Part shown: positions 13,055 to 26,393 of the stretch, one piece after another
How positions within the stretch are numbered: the first letter of the stretch is position 1
Layout: each line of letters starts with the position of its first letter
Assembly (NCBI RefSeq): GCF_022045235.1
Contig: NW_027266269.1
Coordinates: forward strand, 10,788,001 to 10,852,000
Length of the DNA stretch: 64,000 nt
Direction: 5' to 3'
Source of the DNA: Haliotis cracherodii
Taxonomy: Eukaryota
The notes under the pieces: model-generated
What the model was told of the DNA's origin: nothing
Database searches by the model: none
The model's input: only the letters and a program-made list of their open reading frames with translations
Program-made: the position numbers and the translations under genes

Positions 13055-13296
13055 GTTTCCTGATTGGCTCAGCTCATATAGCGTTTCACCTGATGGGATT
13101 CCGCGTCAGAATAGGCCCCCAGCAACTTATGCTCGTCGTTAGAGGTGGTTGGATGGATCGGGTGGTCAGGCTTAAATGATGGCGTGTCATCATTCCCTAT
13201 GGCGTGGATCGGTGCTTACAATATCAATCACTGGCCCAGAACACGACTCGATTACTAGCAGTTACAGGGCGCCTTCATAGAGCTAGACACACTCTG

Positions 13297-13537
13297 CTTG
13301 TTTGTTTGTTTGTTATTTAGCGCCGCATTGAGCAATATTCCAGCTATGTGACGGCGGTCTGTAAATAATCGAGTCTGGACTAGACAATCCAGTGATTGAC
13401 ATCATGAGCATCGATCCACGCAATTGGGATCGATGGCATGCATCAACCAAGTCAGCGAGTCTGACCACCTGATTCCGTTAGTCGCCTCTTACGACAAGCA
13501 TAGTCGCCTTTTGCGGCAAGCATGGGTTGCTGAAGAC
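13297..13537 (-). mobile_element. Retroposon family D copy
   Basis: Reverse complement of the family D consensus, including the duplicated hairpin module. Confidence 0.85.
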
Positions 13538-13643
13538 ATATGGGTACACACACAGAGACACAAACACACACACAAGAACGCGGTAATATAGCAGGCATAG
13601 TGTTGAATGCGGGGAATATGCGTTGCAGAGAGACGTAACTTAC

Positions 13644-13855
13644 GATCTAAGCGTAATTTAGAGGTTTGGAGTCATTGAAGCCATATGGAGTGAAGAGTTT
13701 CTCTCCGTACGCTTGAAGAGCGATGTAGGCCGAGAGCGCCCCCTCATCTCTCTGGATCTGCCACACCTTGTTCCTGACCCCCTGGGTCTCCGGCTCGGAG
13801 AACACGGACGGGCCGTGGTAGGTGTCGGCGGCACAGTCGGGACTTGCCCCGGCGT
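13644..13855 (-). pseudogene. M14A carboxypeptidase exon with premature TAG
   Basis: AGASPDCAADTYHGPSVFSEPETQGVRNKVWQIQRDEGALSAYIALQAYGEKLFTPYGFNDSKPLNYA*I; CAG/GTAAGT borders; TAG at 13647-13649. Confidence 0.92.
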
Positions 13856-13891
13856 CTGCAGATTAATGGAAAAACGAATAATACGGATCCG

Positions 13892-14605
13892 CAATAAAAC
13901 ACAGAAAAATAGATACACATTAAAACACAGAAAAATAAATACACAATAAAACACAGAAAAATAAATACACAATAAAACACAAAAAATAGATACATAATAA
14001 AACACACAAAAATAGATACACAATAAAACACAGAAAAATAGATACACAATAAAAAAAAGAAAATAGATACACAATAAAAAAAAGAAAAATAAATACACAA
14101 TAAAACACAGGAAAATAGATACACATTAAAACACAGAAAAATTAGATACACAATAAAACACAGGAAAATAGATACACATTAAAACACAGAAAAATAGATA
14201 CACAATAAAACACACAAAAATAGGTACACAATAAAACACACAAAAATAGATACACAATAAAACACACAAAAATAGATACACAATAAAACACACAAAAATA
14301 GATACACAATAAAACACAGTAAAATAGATACACAGTAAAATAGATACACAATAAAACACAGAAAAATTAGATACACAATAAAACACACAAACATAGATAC
14401 ACAATAAAATACAGAAAACTAGATACACAATAAAACACAGAAAACTAGATACACAATAAAACACAGACAAATAGATACACAATAAAACACAGAAAACTAG
14501 ATACACAATTCAACACAGACAAATAGATACACAATAAAACACAGAAAATAGATTCCAATACAACACAGAAAAATGGATACACAATAAAACACAGAAACAT
14601 AGATA
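13892..14605. repeat. ~25-27-bp A-rich minisatellite (CAATAAAACACAGAAAAATAGATACA)
   Basis: Tandem array visible. Confidence 0.9.
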
Positions 14606-14734
14606 TAACTCTTCCCTTCTATGAATTAATTTGTTGGCCATGAAATGTAATTTAAAGGAATTTTAATTAACTTACCGCATGATTCTTTCAGGTGAGGGAA
14701 GTATTTGGTCTCAAATACCAACTAGCTATTGATA

Positions 14735-15149
14735 TGAGTGAGTGAGTATGGTTTTACGCCGCTTTTAGCAATATTCCATTATTATCACGGCGGGGGACAC
14801 CAGAAATGGGCTTCACACATTGTACCCACGTTGGGAATCGACCCCGGGTCTTCCAATTGCGTGTATCGATACTCATGATGTCAATCACTAGATTATATTG
14901 TCCAGACGCGAGAAGATCAAGAGTAGAATAGGTCTTCAACAACCCATGCTTGCCGTAAAAGGTGACTATGGTTGTCGTAAGAGGCGACTAACGGGATCGG
15001 ATGGTCAGGCTCGCTGACTTGGTTGATGCATGTCATCGATCCCAATTGTGTGGATCGATGCTCATGGTATTAATCACAGGATTGTCTCGATTATTTACAG
15101 ACCGTCGCCAAATAGCTCAGTGTGGCGTTAAACAACAAACAAACAAACA
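14735..15149. mobile_element. Rearranged cluster: partial family A SINE (-) abutting family D pieces (+)
   Basis: Family A 3' half to ~14852, family D middle fragment, then family D 14911-15149. Confidence 0.75.
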
Positions 15150-15391
15150 GAATTTTCCAGCTCTATTACTACATATTAAACAACAAGGAAACAAACAAAC
15201 AAACAAATCACCACCACTACTACTACTAAATATTGTTATACACTGGCCGTCGAAAAGAAACATTTCTTCATTACAAAATCAAAGGTGAGATAGAAGGAGA
15301 AAGTTGTGTCGATTATAATGTTCCTCAAATGAAATATAATCGCTCAAAAACTCAAATGTAAGGAGTTTGTTGTAGTGTCTCCAAAACTTAC

Positions 15392-15494
15392 TGCCCCAGT
15401 CGGCGTCAAAGTTCCTGTTGAGGTCGACGCCGTGCCTGTTGGTGTGACACTCGGGAGAGTACATGTATCTCCGATTCTTTCTCTAGAAGCGCTC
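15392..15494 (-). pseudogene. M14A carboxypeptidase exon with premature TAG
   Basis: ERF*RKNRRYMYSPECHTNRHGVDLNRNFDADWG; matches WRKNR and GVDxNRNF motifs; TAG at 15483-15485 in place of the Trp codon; CAG/GTAAGT borders. Confidence 0.93.
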
Positions 15495-15754
15495 CTGGAA
15501 GCACACAACACGAAAAAAACATTTAAATTTGCATTTTTCTCTCATCCCGTTGTATTGTGTGAGTGAATCTACCAGTGTAAGGTTATCTCAACATTGGTTT
15601 TATATCCTTACGCGGAAACACGTTCATTCTCAAGCCGTCTTTAATTTATTTTACCATTTCGAAATATTTGGTGGACATGATTTAATAAAATACGTTTACA
15701 TGATACAGAATCGACACATCCGTCCAGAAAAGACAGTTCCATCTAATACACTAC

Positions 15755-16200
15755 CATAATCTGTTCTAAAGCTATCATAATCTGTTCTCACACCATCATA
15801 ATCTATAATCACGCCATCATAATCTGTTATCACGCTATCATTATCTGTTCTCATGCTATCATGATCTGTTCTCACGCTATCATAGTCTGTTCTCACGCTA
15901 TCATAATCTGTTCTCGCGCTATCATAATCTGTTCTCACGCTATCATGATCTGTTCTCACGCTATCATGATCTGTTCTCACGCTATCATAGTCTGTTCTCA
16001 CGCTATCATGATCTGTTCTCACGCTATCATAATCTGTTCTCACGCTATCATAATCTGTTCTCATGCTATCATAATCTGTTCTCACGCTATCATAATCTGT
16101 CCTCGAGCTGTCATAGTCTGTTCTCACGCTATCATAGTCTGTTCTCACGCTATCATGATCTGTTCTCCTTTATCATGATCTGTTCTCACGCTATCATAAT
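15755..16200. repeat. 21-bp minisatellite CTATCATAATCTGTTCTCACG
   Basis: Tandem array visible. Confidence 0.9.
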
Positions 16201-16451
16201 CTTTTCTCGAGATTTCATAATGTGTTCTCACTTTTGTGCCGGACACATCTACAATGAGACCCCTTTATCCGGACGTCACATACCAGGAAATCCCGCTTTC
16301 TGGACGATATCAATATTGGCAAAAATATCGCTATTTTATATTAAAGTCGATACCTTGAAACATGTTCATTTATCCGAACAATAAACAATGAACATGCGTT
16401 TACGCCTGGCCGGATAAACGAGGTACCACCTAATACTCAACACACACTCAC

Positions 16452-16562
16452 TGACAAGTGGCTGTATTCATAGCCGTCTGGGTTAACGAGGGGCACAACG
16501 AACCAGTCCACGTTGTTGAAGAGGTAGGAGTCGTCACTGTCTACATCCCGTCGTTCAAGAAG
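16452..16562 (-). pseudogene. M14A carboxypeptidase exon (NPDGY motif)
   Basis: LLERRDVDSDDSYLFNNVDWFVVPLVNPDGYEYSHLS; 111 bp, CAG/GTGAGT borders, phase 0/0. Confidence 0.93.
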
Positions 16563-16840
16563 CTGCAACCAGACAAAATACTTTTCTCAAAATCAATGTG
16601 ATGATGTCATTGCTTTGTTTTATTTCTACATGACAATTGTGTGTTCCTTTGTTTCTTATTTAACGCCTTACTCGTTCCACCTACACGGCGGCGGTCTGTA
16701 ACTATTCGAGTCTGGACCAGACTATCCAGGGATTGACATCAAGAGCATCCATCCTCGCAACTGGGAAACCATACCATGCATCAGCAAGCCCGATCACCCG
16801 ATCCCGTTTGTCGCCTATAACGACAATCATGGGTTGCTGA

Positions 16841-17120
16841 GTGAGTGAGTGATTTGGGTTTAACGCCGCTTTTAACAGTATTCCAGTTATATCGCGGCGT
16901 GTCAGCTTAATGTGGGGGGAAAGCCCGAAGTCATGCAGGTCTTAGACGTTTACCACTTCGGTGAAACCCACGAGCACGGGTATGGTGCTGACAAACCTAG
17001 AAACATAATCGGGGCGAACCGGGATTCGAACCCACAATCATAGGTTTCTGGCGTGCCCAAGGGACGCAACTCTGCACAGCGAAGTGCGGCGCCTTAGACG
17101 ACTGGGCCACCCGTGCCCCC
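16841..17120 (-). mobile_element. tRNA-derived SINE family B nested inside a family D copy (~16650-17165)
   Basis: 13-bp TSD CATGGGTTGCTGA at 16828-16840 and 17121-17133. Confidence 0.9.
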
Positions 17121-17231
17121 CATGGGTTGCTGAAGAACGGCTCTTTTAACCCGAATCGTCATGGAGTTGGATGTAAGTATTTGTCATTAAAGCATTTCAA
17201 TTACACCCTGTGAAGTTTAATTTACATTCAG

Positions 17232-17522
17232 CCGACTACGTGGTCTTGTGGTAGAGCGTCCGCCGGGAGAGCGGAAGGTCCAGGGTTCGATCCCCGTCCG
17301 CGTCATACCAAAAGACGTTAAAAGATGGTACTTGTTGTTACCCTGTTGTTGTCTGGCGCTCGGCATTATGGGGCTAAAACAAGGACTGGTCGGCTCGGAG
17401 TCAGTATACTGTGTCTGAGTGGGGTATTCATGTTAAACTGCGGCATGGTATCTCAGTGAGCTAGCACTATAAATCGGCATCAGTCCGGACTAGTACAAGC
17501 AGCCACACAAAAACACACACGT
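17232..17522 (+). mobile_element. Family C SINE, 3'-truncated
   Basis: Matches family C but stops at ACACACACGTA without the (TCACC)n tail. Confidence 0.85.
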
Positions 17523-17745
17523 AAGACATGAAAAAGACGTCTGTGTGCCTGGATAACTTCTATTTACCATGGATAGAGTGTATATGTTTAACGCCAGTCA
17601 GCACTAAGGTAGCTTCATGACCACAATCTGTAAATGATTGAGATTGAACCACTTAATCCAATGATGGATATTATGAGCACCGATAATGACTCAGTTTATT
17701 TACAGTGTTTGCAGGAACTCATCCTGTTCATCCGAGCTTATTATA

Positions 17746-20700
17746 GACATCTTGAAGAACGCTATCTTTGTTGAAGAGGCCTTGCAGAATGCTGTCTTTG
17801 TTGAAGACATCTTGCAGAACGCTTTCTTTGTTGATGACATCTTACAGAACGCTGTCTTTGTTGAAGACGTCTTACAGAAAGCTATCTTTGTTGAAGACAT
17901 CTTACAGAACGCTATCTTTGTTGAAGACGTCTTACAGAAAGCTATCTTTGTTGAAGACATCTTACAGAACGCTATCTTTGTTGGAGACATCTTACATAAC
18001 GCTATCTTTGTTAAAGACATCTCGTAGAACGCTCTCTTTGCTGAAGACGCCTTACAGAACGCTATCTTTGTTGAAGACATCTTACAGAATTCTATCTTTG
18101 CTGAAGGCGCCTTGCAGAACGCTATCTTTGTTGAAGACATCTAACAGAATGTTATCTTTATTGAAGACATCTTACAGAACGCTGTCTTTGTTGAAGACAT
18201 CTTACAGAAAGCTATCTTTGTTGAAGACATCTTACAGAACGCTATCTTTGTTGGAGACATCTTACAGAACGCTATCTTTGTTAAAGACATCTCGTAGAAC
18301 GCTCTTTTGCTGAAGACGCCTTACAGAACGCTATCTTTGTTGAAGACATCTTACAGAATTCTATCTTTGCTGAAGGCGCCTTGCAGAACACTATCTTTGT
18401 TAAAGACATCTAACAGAACGTTATCTTTGTTGAAGACATCTAACAGAACGCTGTCTTTGTTGAAGACATCTTACAGAACGCTGTCTTTGTTTAAGACATC
18501 TTACAGAACGCTATCTTTGTTGAAGACATCTTACAGAAGGCAATCTTTGTTGAAGACATCTTGAAGAACGCTCTCTTTGTTGAAGACGCCTTGCAGAACG
18601 CTATCTTTGTTGAAAACACCTTACAGTACGCTTTCTTTGTTGAAGACATCTTACAGAACGCTATCTTTGTTGACGGCGCCTTGCAGAACGCTCTTTTTGG
18701 TAAAGACATCTTGTAAAACGCTAACTTTGTTGAAGGCGCCTTGCAGAACGCTGTCTTTGTTGGAGACATCTTACAGAACGCTGTCTTTGTTAAAGACATC
18801 TAACAGAACGCTATCTTTGTTGATGACATCTTACAGAACGCTGTCTTTGTTGAAGACATCTTACAGAACGCTATCTTTGTTGATGACATCTTACAGAACG
18901 CTATCTTTGTTGAAGACGCCTTGCAGAACGCTATCTTTGTTGAAGACGCCTTGCAGAACGCTATCTTTGTTGAAGACACCTTAAAGTACGCTATCTTTGT
19001 TGAAGACATCTTACAGAACCCTATCTTTGTTGAATGCGCCTTGCAGAACGCTCTTTTTGGTAAAGACATCTTGTAGAACGCTAACTTTGTTGAAGGCGCC
19101 CTGCAGAACGCTGTCTTTGTTGGAGACATCTTACAGAACGCTATCTTTGTTGAAGGCGCCTTACAGAACGCTTTCTTTGTTGAAGATATCTTACAGAACG
19201 CTATCTTTGTTGAAGACATCTAACAGAACGCTATCGTTGTTGAAGATATCTCGTAGAACGCTATCTTTGTTGAAGGCGCCTTGCAGAACGCTCTCTTTGT
19301 TGAAGAGGCCTTGCAGAATGCTATCTTTGTTGAATACATCTTGTAGAACGCTATCTTTGTTGAAGACATCTTACAGAACACTTTCTTTGTTGAAGACATC
19401 TTACAGAACGCTGTCTTTGTTGGAGACATCTTACAGAACGCTTTCTTTCTTGAAGGCGCCTTGCAGAACGCTGTCTCTGTTGGAGACACCTTACAGAACG
19501 CTATCTTTGTTGAAGATATCTTACAGAACGCTGTCTTTGTTGATGACATCTTACAGAACGCTATCTTTGTTGAAGACATCTTACAGAACGCTATCTTTGT
19601 TGAATACATCTTGAAGAACGCTCTCTTTGTTGAAGACGCCTTGCAGAACGCTATCTTTGTTGAAGACACCTTAAAGTACGCTATCTTTGTTGAAGACATC
19701 TTACAGAACCCTATCTTTGTTGAATGCGCCTTGCAGAACGCTCTTTTTGGTAAAGACATCTTGTAGAACGCTAACTTTGTTGAAGGCGCCTTGCAGAACG
19801 CTGTCTTTGTTGGAGACATCTTACAGAACGCTATCTTTGTTGAAGGCGCCTTGCAGAACGCTTTCTTTGTTGAAGATATCTTACAGAACGCTATCTTTGT
19901 TGATGACATCTTACAGAACGCTATCTTTGTTGAAGACATCTTACAGAACGCTATCTTTGTTGAAGACATCTAACAGAACGCTATCGTTGTTGAAGACATC
20001 TCGTAGAACGCTCTCTTTGTTGAAGACGCCTTGCAGAACGCTATCTTTGTTGAAGACATCTTACAGAACGCTGTCTTTGTTGAAGACGTCTTGCAGAACG
20101 CTATCTTTGTTGAATGCGCCTTGCAGAACGCTCTTTTTGGTAAAGACATCTTGTAGAACGCTAACTTTGTTGAATGCGCCTTGCAGAACGCTGTCTTTGT
20201 TGAAGACATCTTACAGAACGCTATCTTTGTTGATGACATCTTACAGAACGCTGTCTTTGTTGAAGACATCTTACAGAACGCTATCTTTGTTGACAACATC
20301 TTACAGAACGCTATCTTTGTTGAAGACATCTTACAGAACGCTATCTTTGTTGAAGATATCTTGAAGAACTCTCTCTTTGTTGAAGACGCCTTGCAGAACG
20401 CTATCTTTGTTGAAGACACCTTAAAGTACGCTATCTTTGTTGAAGACATCTTACAGAACGCTATCTTTGTTGAATGCGCCTTGCAGAACGCTCTTTTTGG
20501 TAAAGACATCTTGTAGAACGCTAACTTTGTTGAAGGCGCCCTGCAGAACGCTGTCTTTGTTGGAGACATCTTACAGAACGCTATCTTTGTTGAAGGCGCC
20601 TTGCAGAACGCTTTCTTTGTTGAAGATATCTTACAGAACGCTATCTTTGTTGATGACATCTTACAGAACGCTATCTTTGTTGAAGACATCTTACAGAACG

Positions 20701-23700
20701 CTATCTTTGTTGAAGACATCTAACAGAACGCTATCGTTGTTGAAGATATCTCGTAGAACGTTCTCTTTGTTGAAGACGCCTTGCAGAACGCTCTCTTTGT
20801 TGAAGAGGCCTTGCAGAATGCTATCTTTGTTGAAGACATCTTGAAGAACGCTCTCTTTGTTGAAGACGCCTTGCAGAACGCTATCTTTGTTGAAGACACC
20901 TTACAGTACGTTTTCTTTGTTGAAGACATCTTACAGAACGCTATCTTTGTTGACGGCGCCTTGCAGAACGCTCTTTTTGGTAAAGACATCTTGTAAAACG
21001 CTAACTTTGTTGAAGGCGCCTTGCAGAACGCTGTCTTTGTTGGAGACATCTTACAGAACGCTGTCTTTGTTAAAGACATCTAACAGAACGCTATCTTTGT
21101 TGATGACATCTTACAGAACGCTGTCTTTGTTGAAGACATCTTACAGAACGCTATCTTTGTTGATGACATCTTACAGAACGCTATCTTTGTTGAAGACGCC
21201 TTGCAGAACGCTATCTTTGTTGAAGACGCCTTGCAGAACGCTATCTTTGTTGAAGACACCTTAAAGTACGCTATCTTTGTTGAAGACATCTTACAGAACC
21301 CTATCTTTGTTGAATGCGCCTTGCAGAACGCTCTTTTTGGTAAAGACATCTTGTAGAACGCTAACTTTGTTGAAGGCGCCCTGCAGAACGCTGTCTTTGT
21401 CGGAGACATCTTACAGAACGCTATCTTTGTTGAAGGCGCCTTACAGAACGCTTTCTTTGTTGAAGATATCTAACAGAACGCTATCTTTGTTGAAGATATC
21501 TCGTAGAACGCTATCTTTGTTGAAGGCGCCTTGCAGAACGCTCTCTTTGTTGAAGACGCCTTGCAGAACGCTATCTTTGTTGAAGACACCTTAAAGTACG
21601 CTATCTTTGTTGAAGACATCTTACAGAACCCTATCTTTGTTGAATGCGCCTTGCAGAACGCTCTTTTTGGTAAAGACATCTTGTAGAACGCTAACTTTGT
21701 TGAAGGCGCCCTGCAGAACGCTGTCTTTGTTGGAGACATCTTACAGAACGCTATCTTTGTTGAAGGCGCCTTACAGAACGCTTTCTTTGTTGAAGATATC
21801 TTACAGAACGCTATCTTTGTTGAAGACATCTAACAGAACGCTATCGTTGTTGAAGATATCTCGTAGAACGCTATCTTTGTTGAAGGCGCCTTGCAGAACG
21901 CTCTCTTTGTTGAAGAGGCCTTGCAGAATGCTATCTTTGTTGAATACATCTTGTAGAACGCTATCTTTGTTGAAGACATCTTACAGAACACTTTCTTTGT
22001 TGAAGACATCTTACAGAACGCTATCTTTGTTAAAGACATCTCGTAGAACGCTCTCTTTGTTGAAGACGCCTTGCAGAACGCTATCTTTGTTGAAGACATC
22101 TTACAGAACGCTGTCTTTGTTGGAGACATCTTACAGAACGCTTTCTTTCTTGAAGGCGCCTTGCAGAACGCTGTCTCTGTTGGAGACACCTTACAGAACG
22201 CTATCTTTGTTGAAGATATCTTACAGAACGCTGTCTTTGTTGATGACATCTTACAGAACGCTATCTTTGTTGAAGACATCTTACAGAACGCTATCTTTGT
22301 TGAAGACATCTTGAAGAACGCTCTCTTTGTTGAAGACGCCTTGCAGAACGCTATCTTTGTTGAAGACACCTTAAAGTACGCTATCTTTGTTGAAGACATC
22401 TTAGAGAACCCTATCTTTGTTGAATGCGCCTTGCAGAACGCTCTTTTTGGTAAAGACATCTTGTAGAACGCTAACTTTGTTGAAGGCGCCCTGCAGAACG
22501 CTGTCTTTGTTGGAGACATCTTACAGAACGCTATCTTTGTTGAAGGCGCCTTGCAGAACGATTTCTTTGTTGAAGACATCTTACAGAACGCTGTCTTTGT
22601 TGAAGACATCTTACAGAACGCTATCTTTGTTGATGACATCTTACAGAACGCTATCTTTGTTGAAGACATCTTACAGAACGGTATCTTTGTTTAAGATATC
22701 TTGAAGAACTCTCTCTTTGTTGAAGACGCCTTGCAGAACGCTATCTTTGTTGAAGACACCTTAAAGTACGCTATCTTTGTTGAAGACATCTTACAGAACG
22801 CTATCTTTGTTGAATGCGCCTTGCAGAACGCTCTTTTTGGTAAAGACATCTTGTAGAACGCTAACTTTGTTGAAGGCGCCCTGCAGAAAGCTGTCTTTGT
22901 TGAAGACATCTTACAGAACGCTATCTTTGTTGAAGGCGCCTTGCAGAACGCTATCTTTGTTGAAGATATCTTACAGAACGCTATCTTTGTTGATGACATC
23001 TTACAGAACGCTATCTTTGTTGAAGACATCTTACAGAACGCTATCTTTGTTGAAGACATCTAACAGAACGCTATCGTTGTTGAAGATATCTCGTAGAACG
23101 TTCTCTTTGTTGAAGACGCCTTGCAGAACGCTCTCTTTGTTGAAGAGGCCTTGCAGAATGCTATCTTTGTTGAAGACATCTTGTAGAACGCTATCTTTGT
23201 TGAAGACATCTTACAGAACGCTTTCTTTATTGAAGACATCTTACAGAACGCTATCTTTGTTAAAGACATCTCGTAGAACGCTTTCTTTGTTGAAGACGCC
23301 TTGCAGAACGCTATCTTTGTTAAAGACATCTTACAGAACGCTGTCTTTGTTGAAGACATCTTACAGAACGCTGTCTTTGTTGAAGACATCTTACAGAACG
23401 CTATCTTTGTTGATGACATCTTACCGAACGCTATCTTTGTTGAAGACATCTTGAAGAACGCTCTCTTTGTTGAAGACGCCTTGCAGAAGGCTATCTTTGT
23501 TGAAGACACCTTAAAGTACGCTATCTTTGTTGAAGACATCTTACAGAACGCTATCTTTGTTGAATGCGCCTTGCAGAACGCTCTTTTTGGTAAAGACATC
23601 TTGTAGAACGCTAACTTTGTTGAAGACATCTTACAGAACGCTTTCTTTGTTGAAGACATCTTACAGAACGCTATCTTTGTTAAAGACATCTCGTAGAACG

Positions 23701-24838
23701 CTCTCTTTGTTGAAGACGCCTTGCAGAACGCTATCTTTGTTGAAGACATCTTACAGAACGCTATCTTTGTTGAAAACGTCTTGCAGAACGCTGTCTTTGT
23801 TGAAGGCGCCTTGCAGAACGCTGTCTTTGTTGAAGACATCTTACAGAGTTCTATCTTTGCTGAAGACGCCTTGCAGAACGCTATCTTTGTTGAAGACATC
23901 TAACAGAACGTTATCTTTATTGAAGACATCTTACAGAACGCTATCTTTGTTTAAGACGTGTTACAGAACGCTGTCTTTGTTGAAGACATCTTACAGCACG
24001 CTATCTTTGTTGAAGACATCTTACAGAATGCTGTCTTTGTTGAAGACATCTTACAGAACGCTGTCTTTGTTGAATTGATCTTACAGAACGCTGTCTTTGT
24101 TGATGACATCTTACAGAACGCTATCTTTGTTGAAGACAACTTACAGAACGGTATCTTTGTTGAAGACACCTTGAAGAACTCTCTCTTTGTTGAAGACGCC
24201 TTGCAGAACGCTATCTTTGTTGAAGACACCTTAAAGTACGCTATCTTTGTTGAAGACATCTTACAGAACGCTATCTTTGTTGAATGCGCCTTGCAGAACG
24301 CTCTTTTTGGTAAAGACATCTTGTAGAACGCTAACTTTGTTGAAGGCGCCTTGCAGAAAGCTGTCTTTGTTGAAGACATCTTACAGAACGCTTTCTTTGT
24401 TGAAGACGCCTTGCAGAACGCTATCTTTGTTGGAGACATCTTACAGAACGCTATCTTTGTTGAAGGCGCCTTGCAGAACGCTGTCTTTGTTGGAGAAATC
24501 TAACTGAACGCTATCTTTGTTGAAGACATCTTACAGAACGCTATCTTTGTTGAAGGCGCCTTGCAGAACGCTATCCTTGTTGAAGACATCTTACAGAACG
24601 CTATCTTTGTTGAAGGCGCCTTGTAGAACGCTCTCTTTGGTAAAGACATCTTGTAGAACGTTATCTTTGTTGAAGACATCTTACAGAACGCTCTCTTTGT
24701 TGAAGACATCTTACAGAACGCTTTCTTTGTTGAAGACATCTTACAGAACGCTGTCTTTGTTGAAGACATCTTACAGAACTATCTTTGTTAAAGACATCTT
24801 GTAGAACGCTCTCTTTGTTGAAGATATCTCACAGAACA
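17746..24838. repeat. 7.1-kb 30-bp minisatellite (CTATCTTTGTTGAAGACATCTTACAGAACG) with higher-order structure
   Basis: About 236 units; recurring variant blocks; stop codons interrupt the long frames. Confidence 0.97.
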
Positions 24839-24844
24839 CTACTG

Positions 24845-25010
24845 GGGCGGTCGGGTAGCCTTGTGGTTAGAGCGTTCGCTCGTCATGCCGAAAACCCGGG
24901 TTCGATTCCTGACATGGGTGCAATGTGTGAAGCCCATTTCTGGTGTCCCCCGCCGTGATATTGCTGGAATATTGCTAAAAGCGGCGTAAAGCCATACTCA
25001 CTTACTCACT
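24845..25010 (+). mobile_element. tRNA-derived SINE family A (Asp-like head, (ACTC)n tail)
   Basis: A/B boxes; imperfect TSD ACAGAACAC(T/A)ACTG; another copy at 25306-25468. Confidence 0.9.
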
Positions 25011-25890
25011 ACAGAACACAACTGAAACAATTTCAATGATTTCATCACCTCGCGCACCTAAATGTCTGCACTGGACTGATCAACTGGAAAAAAACAATAT
25101 GCATTGGGCGCATACCTTAATTTAAACCAGAAGTGTGAGCATAGGTGAAAAAAACCAATGTGCAGTTAATAATTTTAAATGTGATGAAAATTCCACTCAC
25201 AAGGTGTCAAGACTTTTATCATGCCCCATCGCCAGACTGGTATTTTACGCCCACTTCATATAACAAATATAAACTGTACAATCTGTATCATGTTCTCATA
25301 CTTGAGGGGGCGGTTGGGTAGCCTCGTCGTTAAAGCTTTCGCTCGTAATGCCGAAGGCACGGGTTCGATTCCCGACATGGGTACAGTGCGTGAAGCCCTT
25401 TCCTGGTGTGCTCCGCCTTGATATTGCTGGAATGCTGGTAAAAGAGGCGTGAAAATATACAGACTCACCCTCATACTTTGGTACTTAAGAAATACAAGGC
25501 GGCAGCGGGGGCTATATGAATATACGCTTCTCTACCACCTGTCACCTGCCACAAAGTGAGAGAGCGAGTGAGTTGTGTTATTTTTTATTGGTTTGTTATT
25601 AATTTTTTTCTTGCAATTTTCAAGATACAATGTGAAATTTCAAGATACTAGATTAAAATTCCAAGATGTAATGTTGAAATGACAAGATATTATGTTGAAA
25701 TTTCAAGATACTTACTTGAAATTTTAAGATGTATTATTGAAATTTCAAAATAAATACTAGGTTGAAATTTCAAGATACATATTGAATTGATATTTCAAAA
25801 TAATAAGTTGAAATTTCAAGATATTATCTTGAAATTTTTCAAGATTTGGGATACGGGGACATGCATCAATCTGACCACCAGATCCCTTTA

Positions 25891-26209
25891 GTGAGGTGAG
25901 GTGAGGTGAGGTGAGGTGAGGTGAGGTGAGGTGAGGTGAGGTGAGGTGAGGTGAAATTGGGTTTAACGTCGCGTCCAAGATTATTGCACTTATATAGCGA
26001 CGTGCATGTGCGTGTATTTGTGTGGCAACTTTTACTAGTCCGGACTCCGAGCCGACCAGACCTTGTTTTAGCCCCTTAATGCCGAGCGCCAGACAGGGTA
26101 ACAACAAGTACCATCTTTTAACGTCTTTTGGTATGACGCGGCCGGGGATCAAACCCCGGATCTTCCGCTCTCCGGGCGGACGCTCTACCACTAGACCACG
26201 GAGGCGGTC
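25891..26209 (-). mobile_element. Family C SINE with long (GTGAG)n tail and internal deletion
   Basis: Matches family C; flanked by GATCCC(T/G)TTA. Confidence 0.85.
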
Positions 26210-26393
26210 TGATCCCGTTACGTGAGTGAGTGAGTCTGTTCTGCGTGAAGGAGGTTAAGGAGGTTAGCTCATTGTGTGATAATGGAAATTCTCAGTGCCA
26301 CAGAGTCAAAATGCGACAAAATCGTGGGCACAACCTCGTTTATCCAGGGCATTTATGTCCATTCTGTCGGGATACATACCCTGGACCAATTAG

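Noticed and set aside
13647-15485. Both premature stops are TAG, suggesting readthrough or recoding
   Set aside because: The true terminator is also TAG, and the gene additionally has a frameshift and a missing exon; ordinary nonsense mutation is simpler
17686-24804. 30-bp array as a coding decapeptide repeat or a CRISPR-like array
   Set aside because: Stops recur in the long frames, there is a 1-bp indel near 18307, and there are no unique spacers or cas genes
25201-25273. AG/GT-bounded segment as the missing HxxE exon
   Set aside because: Contains stops, has the wrong phase and lacks a HARE-like motif
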